A stretch of 63,969 nt of DNA, counting the filler, from Folioceros fuciformis (Eukaryota): the NCBI GenBank assembly GCA_049999805.1. It is 9 parts of 9 records of this genome, joined end to end, with 100 filler letters (N's around TTAATTAATTAA, not from the genome) between each part and the next. Parts side by side here need not be neighbours in the genome. Positions count along the whole stretch, not along the records: positions 35,080 to 56,115 come from JBNGIO010001432.1; 8 more parts are not named here. One strand, given 5' to 3'. The position numbers and the translations under genes were made by a program. The notes under the pieces are model-generated. The model was not told the origin of the DNA, ran no database searches, and was given only the letters and a program-made list of their open reading frames with translations. Each line of letters starts with the position of its first letter. Position 1 is the stretch's first letter. This document shows positions 40,136-52,983 of the stretch, one piece after another.

Positions 40136-42236
40136 TATTGTCCTCGCCTCTTCTGAGGTCTCCCTAGGTGTCTACCTTCGGGACCCAAGGGATGAGGTTG
40201 CTTGGATTTTGTTCCTTTTCCTGCCTAGATGGTGCCTTCGGCGCTCTAAGGGTGGTCCGTCAAGTCATAGGAAGGTGGCCTCTCGACTTCACCGTTTTCG
40301 ATCCGGAGATTGGCAAGCTCTTCAGGAGGAGGATTTACTAGCAGCAAAATCTCGATTGGAGTCAGCTAAGGTTAACAAGGTGTGATATGACCCATTTAAA
40401 GCAGTGTCTCATGTTGGGCAAGGATGGTGAAGTCGTTGTTCTCTATTGCCTTAGCATTTCGGGAATGCCTTTTCCCTTCCGTGACTGATGACACTCATAT
40501 TCTTGGCCAAGGAGTCACAGTCAAAGCAGCATTTGATTTCTTCTCATCAGAGCTCTCCAAGGTGGGGTTGTGGGTCAACCTATCTAAATGCAGGGTTTGG
40601 TCCCCTTCAAGCATCACTCCCCCCCTTCAATATTTGGGGGGGGGGATATCACCCCCTCGCAAGGACTTCAAGTCTTGGGTGTGCCTATGGGACCTCTTGA
40701 TTTTGTTCATAGGTTTGTGGATGAAGCATTGGATGAAGATTTGGCTCATATCATGGACCTCCCACAAATCCGTGATCCTCAGATTGCGTTAGGTATCCTT
40801 TCTTCTTGTTTTGCACGGCGACCAGGTTACCTCACTAGAACTATTGCGCCTTCTCCATTTTTCTTATCAAGTCTCAAGAAGTTTGACAATCAAGTTATGC
40901 AGGCTCTTGGGAACATCACAGGTCCAGGCACCTTCAAGTGTGTTGTCGATGATTTGGCTCGGAAGCAGGCTTCTTTGCCAATCGCCTTTGGAGGGGTTGG
41001 TCTTTTGGCCATGGAGGCCTCTGCCCCAGCTGCCGAGAAAGGCAGCTGGGCCCTCTCAGCTCCAATTTTGGCCTCTCATTTTTTGCTACAAGATTCTCCT
41101 GTTCTTGAAAGTTTTATTTTAGGTGTTGAGGACGGCGTTTTCTCTTTACAGGTATCTCTTAGGCAAGAGACGGATTCTCTACCTTTCGAGGCTCGTAAGG
41201 CTCTACCTCCTTTCACCTCCTTTTCTAGGGAAGGGTTGAAGGGTCTCCAAGCCTCCCTCCTAGAAAAGCAATATGGCCAAGCAAGAGCCCTTCTTTCAGA
41301 CTCATCCATCCCTAGGTCTTCTCAAGCTCGTATTCAATCTTGTTCAGGTAAAGGAGCGGGCTCTTGGCTTTTAGCTTGACCTTGCATCCAGGCATTTCAA
41401 ATCGCACCAGCAACTTTTGCCACCACGATGAGATTTCGCTTGGGTTTGGCCCACTCCTTGGCTTTTTCTCTGTCTACATGCAGTTGTGGGGTTGCCATTG
41501 TCCATATAGAGTCCCATTTGGCACGTTGTCCCGTTGGGGGGCACCGCATTGCCACTCATGATGCAGTTCGAGATGTCATGTTTTCAATGGCTAGGGAGTG
41601 TGGGTTTCTTCCATATAGGGACCGTCCATATACTTTGTGCAATGGGGTTTCACTTAGAGCCGACCTTTTCTTCAGTAGGGGAGAACAGGTTTGTGTTGCT
41701 GATGTGGTTGTTATGGATCCCACTAGGGATTCGATTTATGAGCATGTCATCATCAACCCCCCTGGTTGGGCAGAAGAGGGTTGTGCAAGTGTCAAAGTCC
41801 ATAAGTTTTCTCCCTTGCAAAACGGGCATACTTTTATCCCCCTTGCTCTTGAGACTCATGGAGCTATGGCCAAGGACTTTTCAGGGTTCATCAAGGAGTG
41901 CGCCAAGGTTTATCAGAGCAATAGGAATGTTGTTCTCCTTCTTTTCTCTGTGGTGGCCTTCTTTCGCCAACGTGTATCCATTGCTTTGCAACGAGCATTG
42001 GCCAATGCAGTGTTTAGAACAGCAACAAGTGCAGGTCAAGCGGCTTCTTCGACACCGGTGGTAGGTAGGCCTTTTGTTGTTCCACATCAAGAAATTTTGG
42101 GAGCAATAGGTAGTTTTTGAAAATGATATTCGCAGCGGAGAGTACTTCTTTTTGCCTTTCGCCCTAATGGGATTGTTCCTTCAATCTTTGGAGTAGATGG
42201 GACTTTCCATCTCTTTTGCAATCATAGAAAATACTG
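40136..42236 (+). mobile_element. Non-LTR retrotransposon with restriction-like endonuclease (CRE-like), internally deleted and degenerate, with 14-bp TSD
   Basis: RT SVTDDTHILG, GLWVNLSKC, VLGVPMG, LPIAFGGVGL; CSCG...H...C...HDAVRD knuckle; RADL...ADV...FIPLALETHG endonuclease. ACCTTTGTTATTGT at both 40122-40135 and 42237-42250. Confidence 0.88.
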
Positions 42237-42360
42237 ACCTTTGTTATTGTGATTATTAGTATTAGGAATGTATGTATATTGAATGCATTGTAGATGTTTG
42301 AATTGTGCACAACCTTCGAAACTTGTTTGCTCCTTTATCGAGGTATGTTGTCCTTTGAAG

Positions 42361-42372
42361 CCTATATATGAA
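42361..42372 (+). promoter_or_regulatory. Candidate TATA box
   Basis: CCTATATATGAA about 95 bp upstream of ATG 42460. Confidence 0.45.
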
Positions 42373-42459
42373 AGCATAGACGTGGCTGTAGTAGTAGATC
42401 ACAAGAGATCAACAATCTTTGTTGCTTTGGTTCATAGCTCTTTTAAGTTTCTTGCAACC

Positions 42460-43096
42460 ATGGCAAGGTGCAACTTGTCCAAGGCTATTGCTACTTGCAT
42501 GCTTGCCACCTTGGTGTTTTGTTTGTGCAATGTGGGTGGTGCAAGACCTCTCGCCACAACCAATGAGACTTCTACTCCTCTTGATCTTCCGCCACTTATA
42601 ACACAAGAGCTTTGGTCCACGTTTAATGGAGACGTGGATTATGCTATTACTTTTCGTAAGGCTTTGTAGTCTTTCTTGCATTGTGATCTTTGTGCATTCG
42701 TTCCTTGTGTGGAGGATGCATTTGAAATCCTTTCTAATCTTTCCTTTTCTTCGACATGTGCATCTTGGCATGATTTCAGCTCCTTACAATCCTTGCGAGA
42801 ATGTGGACTATTCGAAGGTAGACCTAGCCAATGGCAAGTGGTTTGTCGTGGATGATGCCAACTACCATTACTTCACATGCGGGAGTCATTACTACATTTG
42901 CCAAGCTGTAACAAACGTGGCGCCTCCTTACAAATGCAATGGTCATCGAAGCATTGCACAATTTGTGGGTGGTTTGAGCTGTGAGGGAAAACCAAATTGT
43001 CATGTCAATCTTGTGGCATCGTTTCCTTCTTGGGTGGAGATGCATGCAGATCAAACTCCGCCCCCATTTACCAAGGAGTACGAATTTGCCCAGTAA
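42460..43096 (+). CDS. Secreted cysteine-rich protein of unknown family (170 aa; exons 42460-42655, 42780-43096)
   Basis: Signal-peptide-like MARCNLSKAIATCMLATLVFCLCNVGGARPL. The GTAAG...TTTCAG intron joins the exons in frame. Six Cys in exon 2. Confidence 0.7.
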
Positions 43097-43864
43097 GATT
43101 CCAGATTACCCTAAACCCTTTCTTATTTAAAATTCTATTTTGCTTTCAGAAAATTGTATGATCACCGGCTGTTAATGGAATATCCTTACCCATATGTTTT
43201 GTTTGTGCAGGGGGCCGTTCTGAAGCAAGGGTTTAGGGTTTTTGGTGTGATTTAGAAGCATATTCCCAAAGAGGACATGTATGTCCAATGTGTCAATTTG
43301 ATGCATTCAATGCCATATTGATCACGTTGATGTATTTGTTTCAATGGTAATTAATTAAATATGTTTCTATAAACTTGTGCAACGTAGATGGTGCAAGAGC
43401 TCGAGCTAAGGTTTTGCAATTTCTTAACAATCTCCCAATACCAAGTATCTAGACCGCTTATACTTATGGATGAAAAAAAACATAAAAAAGAAGAGAAAAC
43501 ATAACTGTACTAAACAATAGTAGTCCTACGAGTGCTAGTTATCTAGTTATAATGGAAGAGGTAACCTATTCTTACTAAGACCACTTCAAATCATGCGAAA
43601 TAACGTAGGGAGGGAGGAGCTGAACCAAAGTAAGTAAGCTAAGCTAAGCTACATAATTGACATGACGTTTTCTTCGGAAGACGGACGTTTGAACCACAGC
43701 AATCTGTGCACTTATGAAGGCGGGCCGAGAATTGTCTGACGAAGATCTCACGGAAGAAACGACGAGAGGCAAAGGTTTGTGCATGCCGTCAGCGAGCTCG
43801 GTCTGAGCAAGGAGAACGGCAGAGGCGTGCTGACATCTGGCGGGGGGTACTGGAAATCTATAAA

Positions 43865-45487
43865 ATGCGGAATCTCTTGAGGAAGGGTCAGTGGTATGTG
43901 AATAGGCATGGTCTTCGACAGGTGTGGAGGCGGATGCCCTTACTGGTGACCACTGGCCTGGTTGCGCTCGCCCTCGTCGCTTTGTTAGCTTTGGTTGGAA
44001 GCAGCCAGGAGGGTTTCCCTCCTGTTCACTGCGCAAACAAGGAAGACACTCTGCGTGCTGCTCGCGGCGTAGGGCACTGGAGGGGAGGTGCGCCGAGCTT
44101 TGGAGACTCACGGGAAACTCAGAGACGGAAGGTGTTGGCAGTTGTCGGGATTCAAACCGGCTTCGATTCTGTGGAGCGTCGGAAGGCCTTGCGGGCGACG
44201 TGGATGCCCTCCACTCCTGAAGGTATTTCCAGGTATCTGAGTGAGGGTTCGGCAAGCTGTTTGGGAGCTTTGCAGTGTTAGGATGTGGCGCTGTTGTGTC
44301 ATTTTGTGTTGTGGTGCCTGCAGTCTCGAGGTGGAGACCAATCTAGTTTTCAAATTCGTGATCGGGCATTCCAAGGATGCGAGGAAAATGGCAGCTCTGG
44401 AGGAGGAAATTGCGCAGTACGACGACTTCATCCGGATCGATAACGAGGAGCATTATAATAGACTGAAGTATAAGACGTACGTACAGGTGGATTAGGACGG
44501 TGTTGCCGAGGATTGTGACTGTCTGTTTCATTTTGAAGGTGAGGATCCGATCTGGCTGCCTGCAGGCTGGCATACTTCAAGGCTGCCTTCTCGGCCTACG
44601 ATGCTAAATTCTACGTGAAGGCGGATGATGATATATACCTTCGTCCAGGTACTTGGCCTGGGCAGCAGATTGCACATGTTCTGTTCAGATTGCTCCATCA
44701 GGCCTGCCTGGGGTTTCTGTCTCTCCGAAGGATGCTAAATGCTACAGGTTTGGTCGGGCTGGGCTGCCGGTGCAGATCGATTAGCAACATTGCTTGCCAA
44801 AGCCAGGCCATCCGATCGTACTTACCTGGGATGTATGAAGAAGGGTCCCGTCATCACCGATGAGAAGCAGAAATGGTGTGACTGAACGATGACTTTAGCT
44901 GTCTTGCAAGTGCGTCTCGTGAATGTATGGTCTAACAGCTCATATTTGCAAAATGGCAGGCATGAACCTGCTGGATACCTGCTGGGAAACGAGTATTTCT
45001 TGCACGCATATGGACCAATATATGCCCTTTCTAACAGAGTTGTAGAAGACATCGCTGCCAGCAGTGACAGCAGGTAAGCTTTGCCCTCTCTGGCAGCTGA
45101 GCTCATCTCAGTTCACTATGAGTACCTAGGTTCATTCGACTGAGGGAAAACCCTCGTCCTGTGATTGAAAGCTTTCGCTACTTCGCAAACGAGGATGTCA
45201 CTGTTGGTGTGTGGATGCTCTCGATGAACGTTGACCACGAGGACAACCACGCACTTTGTCATCAACAGTGCAAGGGAGATTCTGTTGCTGTTTGGGACAT
45301 TCCCAAATGCTCAGGTATGACATCAATCTCCTGGTTCCCTTAACGTCTTCGACGTTGGCACTTGGTAGGCTGATGGTGGGTTGCTTTACTTGATCACTTG
45401 GCAGGACTTTGCCATCCGGAAATGCAATTGCGTGAGCTTCATCAGATGGAGGCGTGTGGAGGACATTCCCCGGTGTCTGCCGGTTGA
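43865..45487 (+). CDS. GT31 beta-1,3-galactosyltransferase, multi-exon
   Basis: TM anchor, [84 protein letters not shown]. Start could instead be the Met near 43934. Confidence 0.94.
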
Positions 45488-45674
45488 TGTAAATATTTTT
45501 GTGGCGCCATGTATGTCAGTGGCATTCCTGAATATTATTCAGGCACTATTGCTGACGCAATGCTCCAGACGACCACTCAATTTTGAGCGGACTTTGATTA
45601 ATTCTTTCTACTCACTCTTCAACCCAGTAATTTTTTTGTTCTTTCCAGTCTCTGCAGTGGTGAGTAGGCTCACC

Positions 45675-46991
45675 TCACCAGTCGGGTCGCCCTCTCCTAC
45701 TCCAGAGTTTGGGAGCAAAGGCGCGTCCAGTCCACCAGGACATAAGCCAGCTAGAGAGCCGGTTAACAGTGGCCAACCTATTGAGAAAGCTCCGCGTCTG
45801 CGCCACGGTCCTTCTCATATTTCTAGCTGCGTAGCCCAGCGCTGGCAGAACCACCACCGGCTCTGTTCTGGATCCTCGGGGCTGCCACAACGCTGGTTCA
45901 GTGAAGCCGAGTCGAGGGTGAAGTTACTTATCCACTCTCCAAGCGACAACGAAGGTGTTTGTTTTCCATGACGAGAAAAACCGAGGATTCGGCATTACTC
46001 ACCTTTCGATGCCGCAGAGCCCATTCTCCGCAGACCGTCTTCAGCCGCGCGCACGGCTCGGGCCGAGCTGCGCACGCCCTCCGATATCTCCTGCCTGCGG
46101 GACGAAATTTGTCAGTTGCTTATCCCGTATCCAACCCTTTCCTTCCTTGCGTTCTAGTTCCGCTTCAGCATTTTGATTAAAACGACTCGGCAGGAGGAAC
46201 AGAAACAAAGAGCAGCAGCAACGATGATACCCCAGATCGCTCAGTTCCATAGTGAGGTCACTGATCTCCATTCCAGACAACCTGACAGCAGCCATGGTCC
46301 CGGGGAGCTCTTCCCTGGCCGCATCTGCCAGCTTCTCCAGCGACTCTGCCGCCTTCTTGAAGGCCTGGCACCACATGCAAACTCAGGTCAGGCCGGCGAG
46401 GCACATGACGGCATAGTCGAGTCGAGTGGTGTCGTGCGTACCAGCAGCGTCGGAATTGCAGCCAAGAAGAGGCAGGAGAGGGTCCCTACCGCCTGATGCA
46501 CCAAACCGGAGTGTGAATGGTCAGCACAGTGCCACAACAGTAGAATTAAAGCGCATGGACGCGGCCATGCGTCACGGGCTCACCACACACGCAATGAACC
46601 CGAGGAGAACCACATGCTGGTCCGAGAGCCCGATGAACGTTGCAGTTCCCGGGGCAGGCACTGCTGTGCCCGTGCTCGCAACCAGCACCGTACTGCCGCT
46701 GCTCTCTCCCGCGCCGGGAGCCTGCTCGGAAGAAGAAGACGGCGCCGCCCGCACACGCCACCTCCGGCGTCCCGCCCGCAGCTGCAGCGGGGAAGAAGAC
46801 GAAGAACGAGCTCTCCACTCTGCTCTCCCGGTTGCTGTCACACGGCCAGCGGGTCGGGGATTCCTCAACCAAGCTGGGCAGGCCGCGAGGCTATCCGACC
46901 TGCGAAAAGGAGCAAACTTGACGCACCATTTCCTGCCTTCCCCTTGCGCTATCTGCACGCTGACGGATGCGATGGCTTGAGCTGCCACCAT
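45675..46991 (-). CDS. Conserved plastid-type membrane protein (At5g09995/At1g08530-like), multi-exon
   Basis: Transit-peptide-like N-terminus, hydrophobic segment, AFKKAAESLEKLADAAREELPGTMAAVRLSGMEISDLTMELSDLG|QEISEGVRSSARAVRAAEDG. Confidence 0.8.
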
Positions 46992-47325
46992 GGTTCAGCT
47001 CTAACGCAAGACAAGACAAGGGCCTCGGCCAGCCGAATTCATGCAAATTGCATCGTTCCGTCTCTCGGCAACAGGAGACGGCCGCTTGTTCATCCCGAAT
47101 AGGTTTTGGCGTAGGAACTTCCATCAAGCCTGCTCTTCGCCATGTGGATGGCCTTGTGCTTCTCCACATGGACTACAATAGCCGATTGTCTCATTTGCAA
47201 AAGGATTTCACGGTGATAAATTATGTCAGTCTATGTTACAACGTTGGTCAAAATTTCAATATTCCCTGCCGGAAGGCCCGCTCCTGTGAGCCGGTTAGCA
47301 TGTTTCTGGTTGATGATTACTCCAG

Positions 47326-48960
47326 CTATCTGTCGGTACCATTGTCGAAACGCCTCCGTTCTTCACCTTCGCTCCCTCCATCATCTTCATCCTCGTCCTC
47401 TCGGCCTTCGTCTTCCTCCTCCTCCTCCTCTTCCTCCTCTTCTACTTCTTCGAGATCACCGTCCAGGGTTAGAGAATCCATGTCCTCTCTTAACCCTGCC
47501 CGAGGGGCAGATAGGATCACTTTCTGGCCTTGCGACTCCTGCATGTCTTTCTGCAGGCGGCCCAGGCTCGCTACTCTACGCTCTTCCTCCTTCTTCTGCC
47601 TCTCGTCCAGCTTCTGTTGTAGCTCAACCCTGCCAGCACGCCTTCGCATCAGTACAACATGGACATGACCAAGACAACAGAGTCCGATCCCGACCCATCA
47701 GATTATGCTGAAATGAGCCTTGCCACCCACTTGTAACTTTCCATGTACTCGGTGGCGCTAGCTTCAATGGCTTCGAAGAACTGCTCGATGCCCTCCCCCG
47801 TGATGGCTGACACCCCGACATTGCGCAAATTACGATAAAACTCATCCAGCACTAAGCACAGGCTTCTGCTTAGACTGGAGGTGTACGACGTGTCACTGTC
47901 TATGGCTGTTTGAAACGCCTCGAAGTCCTCCATCCACTGCAAGTTGAGCAAGAAACCACATCAGCATGAGCTCTCCTGGCTGGTCTTGCGTCCGCCGTCG
48001 AACTACCAGTCACAAAGGCAGCACCAAGCACAAGCACCTCACCTCCACTGCAAACTGATGTTTAGCAACATCAACCTTGTTGAAGGCCAGGAGCAGTGGC
48101 AGACGAGTCTTGTACAAAATGCTACAAGCATACAACATGTTGCTCATGAAAGTACTTGGGCTTGTTGACCGAGGAGTATCCACAACATACACAACCACAG
48201 TCGGAAAAGTGGAAGCGAAAGCTTCCGTGATGATCGCCCCCGATGCCGACCAAGTAAAAATTTCAATTTGCCCTGGGGTATCGACAAGAACGTAGTCCAG
48301 AGAATCTGCTCTCTTCTCCACAAGAGTGACCACCTGTTCAACATACAGTCGGTAAGTGACAAGGTACTTACAGAACACACATGCTCACCTACGAGCGAAC
48401 CCTTACAGGAATAAACACCACAAAAGAAAGAAAGAACGAAAGAAAAACAGTGAAACCCGACACAATTCAAGTAACCTACCTCATCGAACTTGCTGGCAAA
48501 TAGATTCAAAGAAGTGAGAATGCCCCCGTTCGGCCCCAGACGGTATTCCTTCATCACGTTTTTGTACTTCACGGTGTCCCGAATGTCGATATTGCAAGGA
48601 TACGGCACCGAGGAGACGGCCGGATCAAGGTTCATCACATAGCCCCGCTTCCCCGACTGTTGCACATGGTGTACCAGGCGCTGCAGCAACGTAGTCTTCC
48701 CACTACCTGTGCAACAAACGATGCTGCCCTCGTCACACCCTCAAATTCTCATACCCCAGTGCAGACCAATTCCAGTCCCTGCTCGGACAATTCACAAACT
48801 GCAAACTCCCCACGTCACAAAGCTGAAAATTTAGGATGCACTAGCCGCTTATTCGCCCACCAGCCATGCCGACCACGATAACAATAACGGGGTGTTTTTT
48901 GCCGCCAATAGACTGTCCCTGGGACTGGCTTTTGCCGCTCGCGGACGTAGACGGCTCCAT
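47326..48960 (-). CDS. GPN1: GPN-loop GTPase 1 (QQT2/XAB1), multi-exon
   Basis: [58 protein letters not shown], acidic C-terminal tail. Confidence 0.96.
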
Positions 48961-49119
48961 CTCAAGAAGCTCGGAAGCTCGTTCGCGCTCTCGTAAAAAA
49001 TTGGACGCAAGTGCTGTATTTATGGGAGACCTGGAGCTAGCTAGGGCTTGGGAGACAATAGTCCGAGAAGCAGAAAGGTTTAGCTTGGGAGCAGAATAGA
49101 AATTTGGATGCAATCTGCG

Positions 49120-52002
49120 ATGTCGAAGCGCAAGTTCGGGTTCGAGGGATTCGGGATTAGCAAGCGGTCTAGCTATGAATTCGAGGCTGGCCATGCTCCG
49201 CGGCGGATGTATGTTCCCTCGCCTTCGAGGAAGGCGACACGGAATGAGGACGGGGATTTGGAGAACATGCAGTTCGAGCAGGAGGAGGAGGTGGAAAGGA
49301 CCGGGACTGGAGAGGGTGAAGATAATGTAAAGGGGGAGCAGGGGCAGGGGCAAGAGGAGGAGATAGATCCTCTCGACGCCTACATGCTCGGGATTCAGGA
49401 GGAGGTTAAGAAAGCACCCACGAATCCGAGGCCGAAGCGAGAGGCTTTGGAGGACGAGGAAGATGACCCCATGGAGAGCTTTCTGAAGGCTCGTCGTGAT
49501 GCGGGATTGTCTCTGGCAGCGGAGGCTCTGCACGCTGGATATGATTCGGACGAGGAGGTTTACGCTGCTGCCAAGGCTGTGGATGCTGGCATGGTGGAGT
49601 ACGACTCTGATGATAATCCAGTCATCACGGTGGATCGGAAGAAGGTGGAACCTCTAGCGCCGCTGGATCACAGTGATATGGACTACGAGCCTTTCAGCAA
49701 GGATTTCTATGAAGAGACTCAGGCCATTTCAGGTTGGAGGTGTGAGAATGAGGGATGGCAGGAGTTGGAACTTGTGGCTTTATGTTGGTAGAGATGGTGG
49801 TGAATTGTGCTTGACTCTCATGCTGTTGCAGGTATGGCTGAGGAGGAGGTGAGTGCGTACAGGCAGTCCCTGGCAATTAAAGTGTCGGGGTTTGATGTGG
49901 CTAGGCCTATTAAGACGTTTGACCAGCTTGGGTTCGACTCTGCGTTGAGAGGCGCGATTAACAAACAGGGTTACGAGAAGCCTACACCTGTGCAGTGTCA
50001 GGCGTTGCCAGTGGCCCTTGCAGGAAGGGACATGATTGGCATAGCAAAGACTGGGTCGGGAAAGACTGCGGCATTTGTGCTCCCCATGATTGTGCACATA
50101 ATGGATCAGGAGGAGGTGGGGAAGGGCGAGGGGCCCATAGGGGTCATTTGTGCTCCTACACGTGAGCTGGCTCAACAGATTTATTTGGAGACGAAAAAGT
50201 TCGCCAAAGTTCATGGTATAAAGGTGTCAGGGGTTTATGGCGGGATGTCAAAATTTGAGCAGTTCAAGGAGTTGAAAGCTGGGTGCGAGGTTGTGGTTGC
50301 CACCCCTGGTCGTCTGATTGATATGTTGAAAATGAAAGCTTTAACCATGTTAAGGGCTACGTTTCTTGTACTGGATGAGGCAGATAGAATGTTTGATCTG
50401 GGATTTGAGCCTCAGATCCGGTCAATTGTGGGCCAGATAAGGCCAGACCGCCAGACTCTGCTCTTTTCGGCAACAATGCCTCGCCGGGTTGAAAGGCTTG
50501 CACGAGAAGTCTTATCAGATCCCATACGTGTGACTGTTGGGGAAGTTGGGATGGCTAATGAGGATATTACCCAGGTAGCAACTGTGCTTTCGGCAGATGC
50601 CGACAAGATGCCTTGGTTGCTTAACAAACTTCCTGAGATGGTGGACGATGGGGACGTCTTGGTGTTTTCTTCTACTAAGCTGCGAGTTGAGGAAATTGAG
50701 GGAAAGCTCAAGGAAGTAGGGTTCAAGGTGGCTGCATTGCATGGAGACAAAGATCAAGCATCTAGAATGGAAGTCCTCAGCTCTTTCAAGTCGGGGGTGT
50801 ACCATGTTCTTGTGGCTACAGATGTTGCTGCTCGTGGTTTGGACATCAAGTCAATAAAAACTGTTGTAAATTTTGATATTGCTAAGGACATGGATAGTCA
50901 TGTACACCGAATAGGGAGAACAGGTCGTGCTGGTGACAAAGAAGGTGTAGCTCACACACTTGTCACACAGAAGGAAGCACGCTTTGCTGGGGAACTGGTC
51001 AACAGCTTGATTGCTTCTGGGCAGAATGTTTCCATGGAGCTCATGGACCTAGCAATGAAGGTAATTGTTGGTCTAGTCTTGGAGTGATGTGGTGGAAATT
51101 TGCTTTCTGTGCAGCGTGTCTGTTAACATGTGGACTATGGTCTTTTGCAGGATGGCCGCTTTCGGGCTCAAAGAGAAGGGAGGAAAGGGACTGGAGGTAA
51201 AGCACAGTCAGTCTGTTAAAGTTCTATGTATCAATACTTGTTTCCTCAAAATTAAAGGTCTTTCGTGATCGCCTATGTAGGACGAGGAAAGGGAGGTGGT
51301 AAAGGTCGTGGCCGAGGCCGAGGCAGCGGGGGTGGTTCAGTTGGAAATAATGCGGGTGGCGGTGGTCGTAATGTCCGCGGTGTTGACTTTGGTATGGGCA
51401 TAGGGTACAACCCTGAATCAACAAATAGAGGTAGTCCAGCTGTGCCAGCAGCTCCTCGGGAGGTTTCAAATAGAGGCACTGCAGTGGATGCCCTAAAGAT
51501 GGGAATGATGGCACGCTTTAAGAACAGCTTTGTGGCAGCATCTGCTGGGGGTGTCAGTGGTTCCACAGGCTCTGGATCATATGCTGCAAGTGGTTCCACA
51601 CCTCAGGGTCGTGTCCATGGGGCTGGAAGCAACGCCGGCAGGGGTGGTCCTCCTGAAAATGGCAAGAGCCAGTCTTTTGGAGGCAGTGGGGCTACAGGAA
51701 TTGGTCGAGGAACTAGGATGACTGGGTTTGCTCCTAGCACTAGTGGGAAAGGTCCAACATTGGCTGGCTTCACATCGACAAGCTCAGAAGGAATCAGCAC
51801 TCAAAGCATGTCAGGCACGCAGCCGACACAGGCCTCCAGTGATTCAACAGAGCGTGGAGGAGGCTCAAGGTATGTTGGGGCATTTGCCTGTGCTACCTGT
51901 GTCTGGATAACTGCATCAAAGATGTGATAAGGTGGTTCATGCCGAACATCTCTGGTGTCTTGCAGGCGAGAAAGAAAGCGTCCATCTGGCTGGGATCGGT
52001 AA
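49120..52002 (+). CDS. DEAD-box RNA helicase, DDX42/RH24-like, multi-exon
   Basis: MSKRKFGFEGF, EEIDPLDAYM, AKTGSGKT, PTRELA, TPGRL, DEAD, SAT, HRIGRTGRAG, Gly-rich tail ending RKRPSGWDR. Confidence 0.95.
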
Positions 52003-52983
52003 CTATGCTAAGCAGGGGGTTGCCTCCTAGCCGCCGACCCTGTGCTGCAACAACGGAGCACCCTCGTCTTGGAAATCGGTAATCCCTGATAATCGACACG
52101 TCACTCAGGCGCATGTAAACAAGTTTTAATGCTGATCAGAATTTATCGGCCATCTGTTTTGTGTCGCAGGGTCTTGGGACAATGGTATAGTGGCTACACT
52201 ACCGTACCACCTGAACTTGTAGCTTCAAGTGCACTTAACGGTGTATTTACTTGTTTACATCTGGGGATTATCGTGCAATAAGGCAGGGAACGATGCAGCG
52301 TTGAGATTGGGAATGAAGCTGTCAGCAGCAACACGAAGGCCGGCAGCAGGGCATCCGAGCTGTCGGTCAGACCACATACATGAGCTACTAGAACAATATA
52401 CCGTGGTAATGACATACACCGTCGGAGCTGTACTCGGTTCTATGGAGGACGGGCGTGTCGGTGTCAGGATGGTAGTCATTTCATCTGTTCAGGGCCATGA
52501 AAAGCATTATCCGGCTTGCTGTGCACTCGAAGCAGGCGACCTGTTGGCTGACATTGATTTGCAATGCGCTCTAATAACCAATCCCAAACATGAGTGACGC
52601 TTGCTCCCTTGGATCCATGGGTGAGGGGGGGGCCTGAAGCGGCAATGTAGCTGCCTATCTAGAGATCTCTCGCTTTGCCCTATCATCGTGACCGGGGTCA
52701 GTCCCTCAGATGAGCGTAGGTGGCTTGAGAGTTAGCTCGACAGTGAGCAGATCAAAGCCACACTCCAAGAGTCTTTAATGTCGTAGATCGCCCATCGTTG
52801 CGTCCTGAACGCCTCTTGCTTTAGCGCAAGTCTGCTGCTTGCTCTTTTCTGGATAAGAGCCCGGCCCCGACGGTGTACACAATCAGGACCTCGCTATGTC
52901 GCACGCCATCAAAGTGTGCGAGAAGAGGCCCTGGCCTTCACACACAGAAATGATCCTGCGCGAATCGTTGTTCATCGTGCGTC

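Noticed and set aside
48841-49533. 230-aa minus-strand ORF extending GPN1 upstream
   Set aside because: Mostly the antisense shadow of the helicase first exon; GPN1 homology starts near Met 48960.
52194-52900. Short ORFs between the helicase and PPR genes
   Set aside because: No homology signal or clear splice structure.
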